Part shown: positions 33,917 through 45,243 of the stretch, one piece after another | Layout: every line of letters starts with the position of its first letter | Position numbering within the stretch: the stretch's first letter is position 1 | NCBI RefSeq assembly: GCF_049554935.1 | Contig: NZ_CP186926.1 | Location: 64,001-128,000, forward strand | Length of the DNA: 64,000 nucleotides | Origin: Methanocaldococcus indicus | GTDB lineage: Archaea > AGJL01 > Methanococci > Methanococcales > Methanocaldococcaceae | Direction: 5' to 3' | Notes under the pieces: generated by a model | Databases searched by the model: none | Told to the model about the DNA's origin: nothing | The model's input: the letters and a program-made list of their open reading frames with translations, nothing else | Program-made: the position numbers and the translations under genes

Positions 33917-34834
33917 CTAAATATTTAATCTTTTTTTAATCTTTTTCCAATCTAATCCAGTTAATCCTTCTGGAGCTACTAATAAAGTTACAATCATAAT
34001 TATTAAAGAGATAACTTTACCATAAACTAAGAATCCAGCTCCAAATATGGTAGAGAGTTCATAAGTTAATAAACTCTCAGACATCCCTATTATATATCCT
34101 CCAATTAATGCCCCAGAAATGTGTCTTAAACCTCCTACTATACTTGCAGCAAATATAGATATAATTAAGAAATCACCTGTTAATGGAACTACTTCCTGAA
34201 TGAATGGTAATAATCCTCCTGCTATTCCAGCTAATCCTCCTGATAATATCCATGAGAACATTCTTGTTTGCTCAACATCAATTCCCATAGTTTGAGCTAA
34301 ATCAGGATTCTCCATAGATGCTCTCAAAGCAATTCCAAACTTAGTTTTATATAACAGAATATATAAACAAATTAATAACAATATAATAACTCCAGTAGAT
34401 ACAAACAAGATTCCTTTAAATCCAAATAAATAAAAATCAATATTTGAAAAAACAAATTTTGCCATTGTTGAGCCAACAACTCCACTCAATACTTCTGAAT
34501 AAGCCCCAATAAATCCAACTAAGAATAAATCAATTGCCAAGGTAGCTATCATTAAGATTTCTACTGATGCCTTTCTTTTAATGAGAGGTTTTAGGGATAT
34601 ATAGGTAATTAATCCTACAATTGCTCCTACAACAAAAACTACTGGAAGAGTTAGATATGGAGATAAGCCATATAATTTTAATAAAGTTAAAGCAACATAA
34701 CTACCAACAATAGCAAAACTACCCTGTGCAAAGTTAGGAACATTGGTTGTTATATATGTTAAAGTTAAACCTAATGCTAAAAGAACCAATATATTTGAGT
34801 ATATTATAGCCCCTTCTAAAATCATAATTTTCAC
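33917..34834 (-). CDS. livH: Branched-chain amino acid ABC transporter permease
   Basis: LALGLTL...NFAQG, TKFGIALRA, SIVGGL. Confidence 0.9.
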   Translation of the reverse strand: MKIMILEGAIIYSNILVLLALGLTLTYITTNVPNFAQGSFAIVGSYVALTLLKLYGLSPYLTLPVVFVVGAIVGLITYISLKPLIKRKASVEILMIATLAIDLFLVGFIGAYSEVLSGVVGSTMAKFVFSNIDFYLFGFKGILFVSTGVIILLLICLYILLYKTKFGIALRASMENPDLAQTMGIDVEQTRMFSWILSGGLAGIAGGLLPFIQEVVPLTGDFLIISIFAASIVGGLRHISGALIGGYIIGMSESLLTYELSTIFGAGFLVYGKVISLIIMIVTLLVAPEGLTGLDWKKIKKRLNI

Positions 34835-34835
34835 C

Positions 34836-35553
34836 TTAAACAGATGTTATTCCCAATGAGTACTCTTTAAATTTCTCATGGTTTAAGAGTTCTTCTGCTG
34901 TCCCTTCAAAAGCTACTCTTCCACTAACAAACATATATCCAAAATCACTAATCTCCAAAGCTCTTTTTGCATTTTGCTCAACCAATAAAATAGTTAGTCC
35001 ATAATCATCTCTCAACTCAACAATCTTACTGAAAATAACTTCTGCCAATTTTGGAGAGAGTTGAGCTGTTGGTTCATCCAACATCAACACTTCAGCATCT
35101 CTCACTAATGCCATAGCCATAGCTAAAAATTGTCTTTGTCCTCCACTTAAAGTTCCTGCTTTTCTTTTTAAGATATTATTCAACTCTGGGAAAACTTCCA
35201 AAGCTAAGTTAATCCTCTCTTTAAGTTTTTCTATTATCTAATATGTATCCAGCTATCTTTAAATTTTCTTCAACAGTTAAATTTACAAATACATTGTTTG
35301 TTTGTGGTAAATAGGCTATTCTCATTCTTGCCTTTTTATATGGAGGTATATAAGTTATATCATTACCTTTAAAATTTATTTCTCCTGAGTAGATTGTAGT
35401 TAATCCAAACAATGTCTTTAAAAATGTTGATTTTCCAGAACCATTGGGTCCAACAACTGTGGTTATTTTATTTTCTTCTACTTTTGCATTTACATCAAAC
35501 AATATTTGTAATTTACCATATCCAGCATTTAAATTACTTACTTTAATTATCAT
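34836..35553 (-). pseudogene. livF: Branched-chain amino acid ABC ATPase, frameshifted
   Basis: Walker A half (35553-35221) and signature/Walker B half (to 34836) are in different frames; switch at about 35230 (...GAT AAT A GAA AAA CTT AAA GAG AGG...). Could be a sequencing error. Confidence 0.8.
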
Positions 35554-36314
35554 TCTCCCCCTCCAATATAAATCTCTACAACTTTTGGGTCTTTTAGGAC
35601 ATTCTCAATCTCTTTGCCTTTACCTTCTGCTATTATTTTTCCATTGAACATTACATAAAGATGGTCAATATATTTAAGAACAATATCTAACCTATGCTCA
35701 ACAATAAGAAAAGTAATTCCTTTTTCTTTTAGTTCTAAAACATGATTAAAGATGTCATGAGCTAATCCTGGAGCTACTCCTGCAATTGGCTCATCCATAA
35801 CAATCATTTTAGGATTTGACATCAAAGCTCTTCCTATTTCAACTAACTTCATCTGTCCTCCACTTAATTCCCCTGCTTTTCTATCATATAGATGAGAAAG
35901 TTTTAAAAACTCTAAAATTTTAAAAGCTTTTTCTACCATCTCTTCCTCAAATGGCATCCATTTATTATAAAATAGAGCATTTATTGGCTCCTCTCCTGGA
36001 TGTATCTGCCCAATTAATAGATTTTCTAAAACTGTCATCTCTTTCAATGGTTGAGGAGTTTGAAAAGTTCTAACTATCCCATGATGATAAATCTCTTCTG
36101 GCTCTTTGTTTGTTATATCTTTATTTTCAAAAATAACCTTCCCATCATCTGCTTTTAAAAATCCTGTAATTACATTTATTAAAGTTGATTTTCCAGAACC
36201 ATTTGGCCCAATAACTAAACATACTGTTTGCTTCTCCACAGAAATAGATACATTATCCAAAGCTTTGAAATCACCAAAGTATTTCACTATATTTTCAGTC
36301 CTTAGTATATCCAT
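35550..36314 (-). CDS. livG: Branched-chain amino acid ABC ATPase
   Basis: [28 protein letters not shown]. Confidence 0.92.
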   Translation of the reverse strand: MDILRTENIVKYFGDFKALDNVSISVEKQTVCLVIGPNGSGKSTLINVITGFLKADDGKVIFENKDITNKEPEEIYHHGIVRTFQTPQPLKEMTVLENLLIGQIHPGEEPINALFYNKWMPFEEEMVEKAFKILEFLKLSHLYDRKAGELSGGQMKLVEIGRALMSNPKMIVMDEPIAGVAPGLAHDIFNHVLELKEKGITFLIVEHRLDIVLKYIDHLYVMFNGKIIAEGKGKEIENVLKDPKVVEIYIGGGE

Positions 36315-36431
36315 ATTATCTCACCAATAGGAAAATAGTTTCCTTAATATATAAATATTACTTCTAGGATTTAAAAATAAAAAATACAACAAACAACTAA
36401 ATAATAAATTACCTTAAAAATATTTATAAAT

Positions 36432-37604
36432 TTACCTTAAAAATAGCAAAATTGTTGGAAAAACCAAAACATTCATCATATTTGAAAGGTTAGAATTACT
36501 TTTATTGGCTAAGATTCCAATAAATATAGCTGTTAAATAAACAATAAAGTTGTAAATTGGATATTTACTTACAACAAGAACAAGTAATGTGCAAAAAATT
36601 ATTAAAAATATTGATAGTAATCTAAAATTTATTTTTGGTAGTATTTTAAGCAAAAATTTGGATATATAAGATAACAAAATAAATGATATTGCAGAAGAAA
36701 CTATAATGTAAAAAATCATATCATTTAATGAAAACTTTAAATTAAGTAATCTTATTGTCTCTGCTACACCACTTCTACCCTTTCCTATAAAAATTAAAGC
36801 TAATAAGGAGAGTACTTCATTTGATAATATAATTGCTCCCTGAGAAACTAAAAAGCTTCTTAAATTACTTTCTTTTATTATCTTACTTAGTAAAAAATTA
36901 AGTTGAGCACCACTTACAGCAGGTAGAAAAATCCTAAAAAAACCTGTTACTGTTGCAAATAATGATGTGTAAATATATATCAACTCAAATTTTGGGAATG
37001 TTATATTTTGTTTTGGAAATTTTGAATTTAAGCTATTTAATAAAATTGGAACTCCAAACATCCCTGTAAATATTGCTGTTAATGTTGATAATTCAGAGTA
37101 GTTTAAATATAAAACAACAATTCCAAAAATTCCTGATAAGAATATAATAGCTATCTCCCAAATATGCTTAGCAGTTATAATTTGATAGATAACAAACAAA
37201 ATTAGAATAAAAGGAATAGCTGGTTTTATAAAAAGATATAAAGTGTTAATATCTATTTTCATCAATAAGACAATTAAAACAAACACTAATGAAATAGCTA
37301 CTCCTAAAAAAGCGCCTAATCCTGATAAAATTACACCTTCATATCCATATCCTTTTAATGTTAATTTATGTAATGGGAGAACTGAAACTGATGTCTCATC
37401 ATCAGGAACTCCTAAAAAGGCAGCTGGAATAAAGTTTATAAAGTAGTGGGAAATAACCAATCCTATTAAAAAAGGAACAAAGTTTTCTCCAAAGTATGGA
37501 AGTAGAAAGATAGATAAAACAGCTATATTATTTGGATGTATTCCAGGAAATAGACATGTAAAAATTCCAGTCAAAACTCCAAAAAATAAATAAAGTATAT
37601 TCAT
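36432..37604 (-). CDS. TctA-like (DUF112) membrane protein
   Basis: PGIHPN, IPAAFLGVPD, LPLHKL..G.G; polytopic. Confidence 0.85.
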   Translation of the reverse strand: MNILYLFFGVLTGIFTCLFPGIHPNNIAVLSIFLLPYFGENFVPFLIGLVISHYFINFIPAAFLGVPDDETSVSVLPLHKLTLKGYGYEGVILSGLGAFLGVAISLVFVLIVLLMKIDINTLYLFIKPAIPFILILFVIYQIITAKHIWEIAIIFLSGIFGIVVLYLNYSELSTLTAIFTGMFGVPILLNSLNSKFPKQNITFPKFELIYIYTSLFATVTGFFRIFLPAVSGAQLNFLLSKIIKESNLRSFLVSQGAIILSNEVLSLLALIFIGKGRSGVAETIRLLNLKFSLNDMIFYIIVSSAISFILLSYISKFLLKILPKINFRLLSIFLIIFCTLLVLVVSKYPIYNFIVYLTAIFIGILANKSNSNLSNMMNVLVFPTILLFLR

Positions 37605-37607
37605 AAT

Positions 37608-38600
37608 TTAGTCCTTTTCTAAACCACACATTTTTCTTAACTCTTTACCTACTTTTTCAATTAAATGCTCTTTTTCTAATCTTCTTAAAGCATTTAAATG
37701 TGGTTTTCCTGCTATATTTTCTAATCTCCATTCTTTTGCAAATCTTCCATCTTGAATCTCTTTTAATATTTCTTTCATTGCTTTTCTTGATTCTTCATTT
37801 ATAACTCTACTTCTTCTTGTTAATCCTCCATATTCAGCAGTATTTGAAACATTCTCCCACATACCTTGGAGACCTTTTTGATAGATTAAATCAACTATCA
37901 ACTTTAATTCATGACATGTCTCAAAATAAGCCATCTCAGGAGAGTATCCTGCTTCAACCAATGTCTCAAAAGCAGCTTTTATTAGTTCTGTTACTCCACC
38001 ACATAGAACAACTTGCTCTCCAAATAAATCTGTTTCTGTCTCTTCTTTAAAAGTAGTTTCTATTACTCCAACTCTTGTTAATCCAATACCTTTAGCCATT
38101 CCTAAGGCAATTTGCAAAGCATCTCCTGTATAATCTTGTTCAACAGCAACTAATCCAGGAACTCCAAAACCCTCCTCATAAGTTTTTCTGACCATAGCTC
38201 CTGGAGATTTTGGAGCAACCATTGTAACATTTACATTCTTTGGAGGAACAATTAAACCATAATGAATATTGTAACCATGAGAAAAGCTTAAAGTTTTTCC
38301 TTCTGTTAAATATGGCTCAATTTGTTTTTTATAAACAGTTGGCTGAACTTCATCAGGAATTAAAATATGGATTATATCTGCTTCTTTTGCAGCTTCTTCA
38401 ATTGTTAATACTTTATGCCCATCTTTAACAGCCTTTTCCCAAGATTGTCCATTAGGTCTTAAACCTACTACAACATTTAATCCACTATCTTTCATATTCA
38501 AAGATTGAGCTCTTCCCTGACTTCCATATCCTATAACAGCTATAACTTTATCTTTGACAGCATCATAAGATACATCCTTATCATAGTATATCTTAACCAT
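37608..38600 (-). CDS. ilvC: Ketol-acid reductoisomerase
   Basis: [29 protein letters not shown]. Confidence 0.97.
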   Translation of the reverse strand: MVKIYYDKDVSYDAVKDKVIAVIGYGSQGRAQSLNMKDSGLNVVVGLRPNGQSWEKAVKDGHKVLTIEEAAKEADIIHILIPDEVQPTVYKKQIEPYLTEGKTLSFSHGYNIHYGLIVPPKNVNVTMVAPKSPGAMVRKTYEEGFGVPGLVAVEQDYTGDALQIALGMAKGIGLTRVGVIETTFKEETETDLFGEQVVLCGGVTELIKAAFETLVEAGYSPEMAYFETCHELKLIVDLIYQKGLQGMWENVSNTAEYGGLTRRSRVINEESRKAMKEILKEIQDGRFAKEWRLENIAGKPHLNALRRLEKEHLIEKVGKELRKMCGLEKD

Positions 38601-38772
38601 AACTACACCTCAACAGCTTTTTAGATTTTAATGATTCTATTCTTTATACTTAAATTTTATGAAATTACTTTGTAATATATCTGAATTCATGGTATTAGAA
38701 AATCTTATCATTATCTTTAAATTCTTATATTATCTTAATATTTATTTATGAGACTATTTTATTGGTGATTTT

Positions 38773-39786
38773 ATGAGAAAATATGTTATATTTATGAGTT
38801 TAATTATACTCACAGGAATTGTTATTAGTGGATGTGTAAATAATGAAAAAAAAGAAGAGAATGTATTGACTGTTTATGCAGCATATGGAGGAATGGATAA
38901 AATAGCAAAAGCATTTGAAAAAGATACTGGTATAAAAATAAAATATATATCTATGTCTTCTGGAGAAGTATTGGCCCGTTTAGAGGCTGAAAGAAACAAT
39001 CCATCATGTGATGTCTGGTTTGGTGGAGGGATTGATGCTTTTATTAAAGCTAAGGAAGAAGGACTACTAATGCAGTATAATTCCCCTAATACAAAGTATA
39101 TTGATAAAAGATTTGTAGATAAAGATCATTATTGGACAGGAGTATCAATAGTTACTGTAGGTTTATTAGTAAATGAAAAAAGATTAAAAGAAAAAGGACT
39201 TCCTGAACCAAAAACTTGGGATGATTTAATTAAACCTATCTATAAAGGAGAAATTATTGCTTCAAATCCTACCACATCAGGGACAGCATATTTTACAGTT
39301 TGTGGAATCTTGCAGATGAAAGGAGAAAAAGATGGATGGGCATATTTGGACAAATTATATGAAAATACACCATTTCTAACAAAAAGAGGCTCAACTCCTG
39401 GAAGATTAGTAATGTCTGGAGAATTTGCTATAGGAATTTGTCCAGACCCTCATATAGCAGTAATGAAAAATAAAGACCTGCCTATTAAGGCCATATATTT
39501 GGATAAAGTTATATGGTGGCCATCTCCAGTAGCAATTGTAAAAAACTGTAAACATCCAGAAGCGGCAAAAAAATTTGTTGATTGGGTTTTATCAAAAAGA
39601 GGTCAAGAAGTTTTAATGGAAGCTGATCCGAGAGTTCCTGTAAGAAGTGATATAAAACCAGTTGAAGGCGTGCCAAATCCAAAAGAATTAGATTTTATTA
39701 ATATGGATTTTATATATTGGAGTAAAAAAAGAGATGAAATATTAAAAGAATGGGAGGAAAGATATCAAAATATCATAACAAAATAA
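38773..39786 (+). CDS. ABC transporter substrate-binding lipoprotein (AfuA/FbpA-like class)
   Basis: Lipobox ISGC, SSGEVLARL..E..NP..DVWFGG, PKTWDDL, NPTTSGTAY. Confidence 0.88.
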   Translation: MRKYVIFMSLIILTGIVISGCVNNEKKEENVLTVYAAYGGMDKIAKAFEKDTGIKIKYISMSSGEVLARLEAERNNPSCDVWFGGGIDAFIKAKEEGLLMQYNSPNTKYIDKRFVDKDHYWTGVSIVTVGLLVNEKRLKEKGLPEPKTWDDLIKPIYKGEIIASNPTTSGTAYFTVCGILQMKGEKDGWAYLDKLYENTPFLTKRGSTPGRLVMSGEFAIGICPDPHIAVMKNKDLPIKAIYLDKVIWWPSPVAIVKNCKHPEAAKKFVDWVLSKRGQEVLMEADPRVPVRSDIKPVEGVPNPKELDFINMDFIYWSKKRDEILKEWEERYQNIITK

Positions 39787-39802
39787 ATAAGTTCTTGTTC
39801 TT

Positions 39803-41407
39803 ATGGTGAAGTTTTTGAAGGTTAAAATGTTGTTATATGTTGTACTATTTCTCTTTTTACTTATTTTTTTAGTATATCCTATTTCTATGGTTTTTATTAA
39901 ATCATTTTATAGTAATGGAATTTTTACATTAAAATATTATTATGTATTTTGTAAAGACCATTATTACATTGACCTTCTAAAAAATAGTCTAATGGTTGCT
40001 ATTTTATCAACAACAATTTCTTTATTTTTTGGTTTATTATTTTCAATACTTATATTTAAAACAGATATTAAAGGAAAATTATTTTTTAAAATTGCTGTTC
40101 TTTTACCAATAATTACTCCAGGATATATAACTTCCTTAGCATATATTTATCTATTTGGGAGAAATGGGATTATTACTAATAGCTTGTTGGGATTGGATAT
40201 TAACATATACTCTTGGAAGAGTGTCGTAATTTTACAATCTATTGATTATACTACATTAGCATTTTTTGTTATATCAGCTGTTTTATTAAGTATAGATAGT
40301 AACTTAGAAGATGCTGCAAGAACATTAGGAGCTAAGGAATTTAGAATATTTACTGATATAACACTTCCATTGCTCTTACCTGGACTTTTAAGTGCTGGGA
40401 TTTTAATATTTATGGAGTCATTAGCAGACTTTGGGACTCCTATTATAGTAGGAGGTAATTTTAATACACTTGCAACTGCTGCTTATTTTGAAGTAATTGG
40501 TAATTATAATTTAGAAATGGCCTCAGTATTGTGTATTATCCTTCTAATTCCATCTATAATTATATTTGCAATATATAGCAAGATTAATAAAGGATATTCC
40601 CAAAGATATCCAAAAATAAAAACCTATAATTTAAAAGAGTTAGATAAATTTTTAATATCAATCCCAGCAATAATATTCTCTCTTTTTGTTTATTTATTAT
40701 TTTTTTCTGTTTTTTTGGCAGGATTTACAAAAGGTTTTGGTTATAACTATACCTTTACATTAGAATACTTTATAGAAGCTTTAAATCATGGAAAATATGC
40801 AATATTTAATACTATTTTATATTCAATATCAACCAGTATATTGGCTGGATTATTAGGATCAATTTATGCTTATTTAGTTGTCAGAGATAAGTTTGTTGGT
40901 AGAAAAGCCTTAGATTTTTTAGCAGTTATGCCTTTTGCAATACCTGGGACATTTATGGGAATTGGATATTTAATTGCATTTAGCAATCCTCCATTATTAT
41001 TAGTAGGGACTTCTTTAATTATTATATTAAATTGTGTAATAAGGAAATTACCATTTTCCTTTAAAACATGCTGTGCTACCTTATTACAAATAGATAAGTC
41101 TTTTGAAGATGTTTCTTTAACATTAGGAGCTGATAGAATAAGGACATTTCTAAAAGTTGTTTTTCCTTTATTAAAGCCAGCTGTAATTTTTAGTATGATA
41201 TATGTATTCATCTCAACAGTTAAAACTCTCGGTTCAATTATATTTCTTATAACACCTGATACTATGGTGTTATCGGCATTAGTTTTTGAAAGTACTATAA
41301 ACTATAATTTTGGAGTTGCTGCATGCTATGCAATAATAATGATTATACTATCAGTGTTAGGGACTATTCTTCTATTGAAATTTAAAGGTGATAAATCTTG
41401 GTTTTAG
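39803..41407 (+). CDS. ABC transporter permease (AfuB/FbpB-like, two EAA loops)
   Basis: LEDAARTLGA, FEDVSLTLGA, ADFGTP. Confidence 0.9.
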   Translation: MVKFLKVKMLLYVVLFLFLLIFLVYPISMVFIKSFYSNGIFTLKYYYVFCKDHYYIDLLKNSLMVAILSTTISLFFGLLFSILIFKTDIKGKLFFKIAVLLPIITPGYITSLAYIYLFGRNGIITNSLLGLDINIYSWKSVVILQSIDYTTLAFFVISAVLLSIDSNLEDAARTLGAKEFRIFTDITLPLLLPGLLSAGILIFMESLADFGTPIIVGGNFNTLATAAYFEVIGNYNLEMASVLCIILLIPSIIIFAIYSKINKGYSQRYPKIKTYNLKELDKFLISIPAIIFSLFVYLLFFSVFLAGFTKGFGYNYTFTLEYFIEALNHGKYAIFNTILYSISTSILAGLLGSIYAYLVVRDKFVGRKALDFLAVMPFAIPGTFMGIGYLIAFSNPPLLLVGTSLIIILNCVIRKLPFSFKTCCATLLQIDKSFEDVSLTLGADRIRTFLKVVFPLLKPAVIFSMIYVFISTVKTLGSIIFLITPDTMVLSALVFESTINYNFGVAACYAIIMIILSVLGTILLLKFKGDKSWF

Positions 41408-42378
41408 AACTTGTTAATATTTCAAAATCATATAATAACAAAGAGGTATTGAAAAATATTAATTTAAAATGTGATAATGAACTAATATCTATTTTAGGCC
41501 CATCTGGCTGTGGAAAAACTACATGTTTAAAAATTATTGCAGGATTAGAGCAACCAAGTAGTGGAAAAATTGTACTTAATGGAAAAGATATAACTAAGTT
41601 ACCACCATATAAGAGAAACATTGGATATGTTCCTCAAAATTATGCTCTTTTTCCACATTTAACAGTTTTTGAGAATGTTGCCTATGGTTTAAAAATTAGA
41701 AAATTAAAAAAAGATAAAATAGATGAAAAAGTAAAAAATGTTTTAGATTTAGTGAATTTAAGTGGATATGAAAATTATAAAGTTACTGAACTCAGCGGAG
41801 GAGAACAGCAAAGAGTAGCTTTAGCTAGAGCCTTAGTTATAGAGCCAAAAATCTTATTATTAGATGAACCTTTAAGTAACTTAGATGCCAAATTAAGAGT
41901 AAAAATGAGAAGAAATATAAAAAAGATACAAAAGAATATAGGGATAACAACAATATATGTTACTCATGACCAAGAAGAAGCTTTATCTATATCTGATAGA
42001 ATAGCTGTTATGAATAATGGTATATTTGAGCAGGTAGATACACCAGATAAAATATATAAAAATCCTAAAACATTATTTGTATCCAAATTTATTGGAAATA
42101 TTAATATTTTACCAAGGTTTATAGTTGAAACATTAGGAATTGATTACAATGAAAATTACTATTATTTGGTCAGACCAGAGCATATTATGTTAGGAAAAGG
42201 CAAATTTTGTGGAAAAATTGATGATATTGAATACCTTGGAAATCTTGTGAGATATACAATAAAAGTTATGGATTCAGAACTTATTTGTGAAGTTCATAGT
42301 TGTAATTATCTATACCAAGAGGGAGATAGCATAGTTTTTGATATATTAAAGGATAAGGTTATATATATAAAAACATAA
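41398..42378 (+). CDS. ABC transporter ATPase (FbpC/PotA-like)
   Basis: GPSGCGKTT, LSGGEQQR, LLDEPLSNLD, TOBE-like tail. Confidence 0.93.
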   Translation: MVLELVNISKSYNNKEVLKNINLKCDNELISILGPSGCGKTTCLKIIAGLEQPSSGKIVLNGKDITKLPPYKRNIGYVPQNYALFPHLTVFENVAYGLKIRKLKKDKIDEKVKNVLDLVNLSGYENYKVTELSGGEQQRVALARALVIEPKILLLDEPLSNLDAKLRVKMRRNIKKIQKNIGITTIYVTHDQEEALSISDRIAVMNNGIFEQVDTPDKIYKNPKTLFVSKFIGNINILPRFIVETLGIDYNENYYYLVRPEHIMLGKGKFCGKIDDIEYLGNLVRYTIKVMDSELICEVHSCNYLYQEGDSIVFDILKDKVIYIKT

Positions 42379-42384
42379 CTCTAT

Positions 42385-43086
42385 GACACTGTCAAGTTAA
42401 CGACTTCAACCAATTGTAGAACATCATGAAACTTTTAATCCAGCTAACAACTGTATCGAATTTGCTGTTATTAGGAAACCTATTATAAAATGCTTTAGTT
42501 CTTCGTTTGAGTAGTGAGAAAAAGCTTTCTACACAATTTCTCAGTCCGAATCGGACTCTTTCAAATTCTAAACCCAATCTTTGCAATGCCCACGGATACC
42601 ATCTTCCACCATCGACCAAAATCTTCGGCTTATTAGAGCAAAATTTTAATATGCTCTTAACGAATAATATAGTATCGAGGTAGTTTCTTGTTTCAGAAAT
42701 ATAAACTCCCAAGCACTCTTTCGATTCAACATCAATAGCAGACCATACGTAAATAACTTCATTTCCAATCTTTAGTTTGGTCTCATCGATTGCAATTGCG
42801 TATCTTTCCTTTCTTTCAGGTTCGTTTAAAACATCTTTAATCTTGTGATAATAAGTCCTAACCGACTCATGGCTTATACTTTCGAATTGGGAACGAAACA
42901 AACTTACCTTCCTCAACGATAGTCCAAGATAATACAAAATCCCAGCTAAGATTTTAACTTCTATCGACTTCTTATTCCTTTTAAAAATCTTCTCCTCTTC
43001 GATTCTCTCCTTTAAGACTTCTATCGTGAGCTTCATATTTTATTATTTTTTATCAATTATTAATAAAAGCTTAACTTGACACTCTC
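42385..43086 (-). mobile_element. IS6-family insertion sequence, 702 bp
   Basis: Inverted repeats GACACTGTCAAGTTAA (42385-42400) and reverse complement GAGAGTGTCAAGTTAA (43071-43086); flanking direct repeat ACTCTAT at 42378-42384 and 43087-43093. Confidence 0.92.
42392..43036 (-). CDS. IS6-family DDE transposase
   Basis: [43 protein letters not shown]. Confidence 0.93.
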   Translation of the reverse strand: MKLTIEVLKERIEEEKIFKRNKKSIEVKILAGILYYLGLSLRKVSLFRSQFESISHESVRTYYHKIKDVLNEPERKERYAIAIDETKLKIGNEVIYVWSAIDVESKECLGVYISETRNYLDTILFVKSILKFCSNKPKILVDGGRWYPWALQRLGLEFERVRFGLRNCVESFFSLLKRRTKAFYNRFPNNSKFDTVVSWIKSFMMFYNWLKSLT

Positions 43087-43276
43087 ACTCTATCAAGATA
43101 AAATTTTTATTATCAAATTTTTAATTAAATTATTTTTGCTTTTGAATTTTTTAAGGAGTTATTATGATACTATGTATGTAATAAAGTAAAAAGAAAAAGC
43201 TAAGCTATATATAAATTTAATAAACTAAAACTAATAATTTTAAATAACCAACAATAAATAATAAAAAATAATAAAA

Positions 43277-44107
43277 GTGGTGGTAATGATAGATATTGTT
43301 AGCTTAATGTGGTGGCTGTTTTTCTTCTATTTAATTATGGCTCCCCATATTCAATATAGACAATTACAATTAGCAAGATTAAAACTATTAAAAGAAATTT
43401 CAGAGAAAAGAAATTCAACAGTAATTACACTAATCCATAGACAGGAAAGTATTGGATTGTTTGGAGTACCTATTTACAAATTTATAACAATTGAAGATAG
43501 TGAAGAAATTTTAAGAGCAATTAGAGAAGCTCCAAAAGATAAGCCAATTGATTTAATTATCCATACTCCTGGAGGTTTAGTTTTAGCTGCTACTCAAATA
43601 GCAAGGGCATTAAAGAATCATCCTGCTGAGACAAGGGTTATAGTTCCACATTATGCAATGAGTGGGGGAACTTTAATATCTCTTGCAGCAGATAAAATTA
43701 TATTGGATGAAAATGCAGTTCTTGGGCCAGTTGACCCTCAACTTGGACAGTATCCAGCTCCTTCAATAGTTAAGGCAGTTGAAGAAAAAGGGAAAGATAA
43801 GGTAGATGACCAAACTTTAATTTTAGCTGATGTTGGTAAAAAAGCTATAAGACAAGTTCAAAATTTTGTTTATTATCTATTAAAAGATAAATTAGGAGAA
43901 GAAAAAGCAAAAGAGTTAGCAAGAATTTTAACAGAAGGAAGATGGACTCATGACTATCCTATAACTTATGATGAAGCAAAAAGCTTAGGTCTTCCTGTAT
44001 CTACTGATGTTCCAGAAGAGGTTTATAGATTAATGGAGTTATATAAACAACCTATTGTAAAAAGAGGAACAGTTGAATATATGCCTTATACAAATGCAAA
44101 AGAGTAA
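43277..44107 (+). CDS. SDH-family ClpP-fold serine protease
   Basis: IHTPGG, PHYAMSGGT, LGPVDPQ, WTHDYP. Confidence 0.92.
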   Translation: MVVMIDIVSLMWWLFFFYLIMAPHIQYRQLQLARLKLLKEISEKRNSTVITLIHRQESIGLFGVPIYKFITIEDSEEILRAIREAPKDKPIDLIIHTPGGLVLAATQIARALKNHPAETRVIVPHYAMSGGTLISLAADKIILDENAVLGPVDPQLGQYPAPSIVKAVEEKGKDKVDDQTLILADVGKKAIRQVQNFVYYLLKDKLGEEKAKELARILTEGRWTHDYPITYDEAKSLGLPVSTDVPEEVYRLMELYKQPIVKRGTVEYMPYTNAKE

Positions 44108-44510
44108 AATAATGATTTTTATGGATATAGCTTCATTTATTTATAATTTTTGTAAAGAGAACAAAATAAAAAATATATGTGAGTTAGGAATTGGTTACTA
44201 TTTTGATGTGGCTTTATTCCTTAATAAAGAATTTAATCTTTTAGTAGTAGATAGAAATGAAGATTGTATAAAAAAAGCTTTATCTCATGGATTGAATGGG
44301 AAGATAGATGATATATTTTCTCCAAATTTAAATATATATGAAGATGTTGAATTATTTTATTCTATTAGAATGCCTTATGACTTGCAAATATATGCATTGG
44401 AATTGGCAAAAAAGTTAAGTGTCCCATTTATTTTAAAGCCATTATCCAATGAAGCACCACATAAAAGTTTTAAATTAATAAAAAATAATATTTACTTATT
44501 TATGCCTTAA
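44073..44510 (+). CDS. UPF0146 family protein
   Basis: [27 protein letters not shown]; the real start is probably 44112 or 44121. Confidence 0.85.
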   Translation: MNICLIQMQKSKIMIFMDIASFIYNFCKENKIKNICELGIGYYFDVALFLNKEFNLLVVDRNEDCIKKALSHGLNGKIDDIFSPNLNIYEDVELFYSIRMPYDLQIYALELAKKLSVPFILKPLSNEAPHKSFKLIKNNIYLFMP

Positions 44511-44655
44511 TTCTTTGTCTTCTCCAATGTCTCATTTTTGGATTTGCTCTTACTCTACCTCTTGTTTTAACCATAACAAATAAAGGGACTCTTCTATTTT
44601 GTCTTTTAGCTTTTGCTAATCTTATTTTTTTACCAAATGGTTTTATACTTCCCAT
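44500..44655 (-). CDS. rpl39e: 50S ribosomal protein L39e (51 aa)
   Basis: [51 protein letters not shown]; below the ORF-track length cutoff. Confidence 0.96.
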   Translation of the reverse strand: MGSIKPFGKKIRLAKAKRQNRRVPLFVMVKTRGRVRANPKMRHWRRQRIKA

Positions 44656-45239
44656 TTTTTCACCCCTATTATCCTTGTTTGTTTATGCTCTGGGAAATAT
44701 TTTTCTGGTTTTTCTCCTCTTTCTTTTAATATAGCTCTAATCTCAGCTTCATAATCAGAAGTAATTTTAGTTCCACTTTTAATCTCTTCAATTATAAAAA
44801 GCTTATTTGTTAAATCTCTTAAAGTTTTATATCCAAAGCCCAATAAAGGAGATATATATTGAACATTTTTCCTCATTTCTAAACTTTGAATTTCTGAATA
44901 AGAAAGTTTAGGAACTTTATCATCTCTTCTAATACCATCAGCTAAAATCTTATATTTATTTGATAATATCTCTAAAACTTGTTTATGAATATAATTAATC
45001 CCATCTCTTGGAAATCCTTTTTCAACAATTAAATCAACGGCTTTCTCCAAGATTTCTTTATCTAATTTTTCAACTTTAAAATCAAACCCTAATATTTTAG
45101 CTGTTTCTTCAGCTAATTTATAACTATCTAAAACACCAAAATTAACATTTATTAAAATTGGAGTATAACCAAGATTTTTTAATATTAAGGAAGAGAGGGA
45201 ACTATCTTTTCCCCCACTAAATAATACATATACTTTCAT
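44643..45239 (-). CDS. PP-loop ATPase-like conserved archaeal protein
   Basis: [25 protein letters not shown]; sits in the rps19e-PDCD5-X-rpl39e context. Confidence 0.85.
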   Translation of the reverse strand: MKVYVLFSGGKDSSLSSLILKNLGYTPILINVNFGVLDSYKLAEETAKILGFDFKVEKLDKEILEKAVDLIVEKGFPRDGINYIHKQVLEILSNKYKILADGIRRDDKVPKLSYSEIQSLEMRKNVQYISPLLGFGYKTLRDLTNKLFIIEEIKSGTKITSDYEAEIRAILKERGEKPEKYFPEHKQTRIIGVKKWEV

Positions 45240-45243
45240 AAAC

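Noticed and set aside
38773-43093. Composite transposon carrying the ABC importer
   Set aside because: Only one IS copy is present and the target duplication flanks the IS alone.
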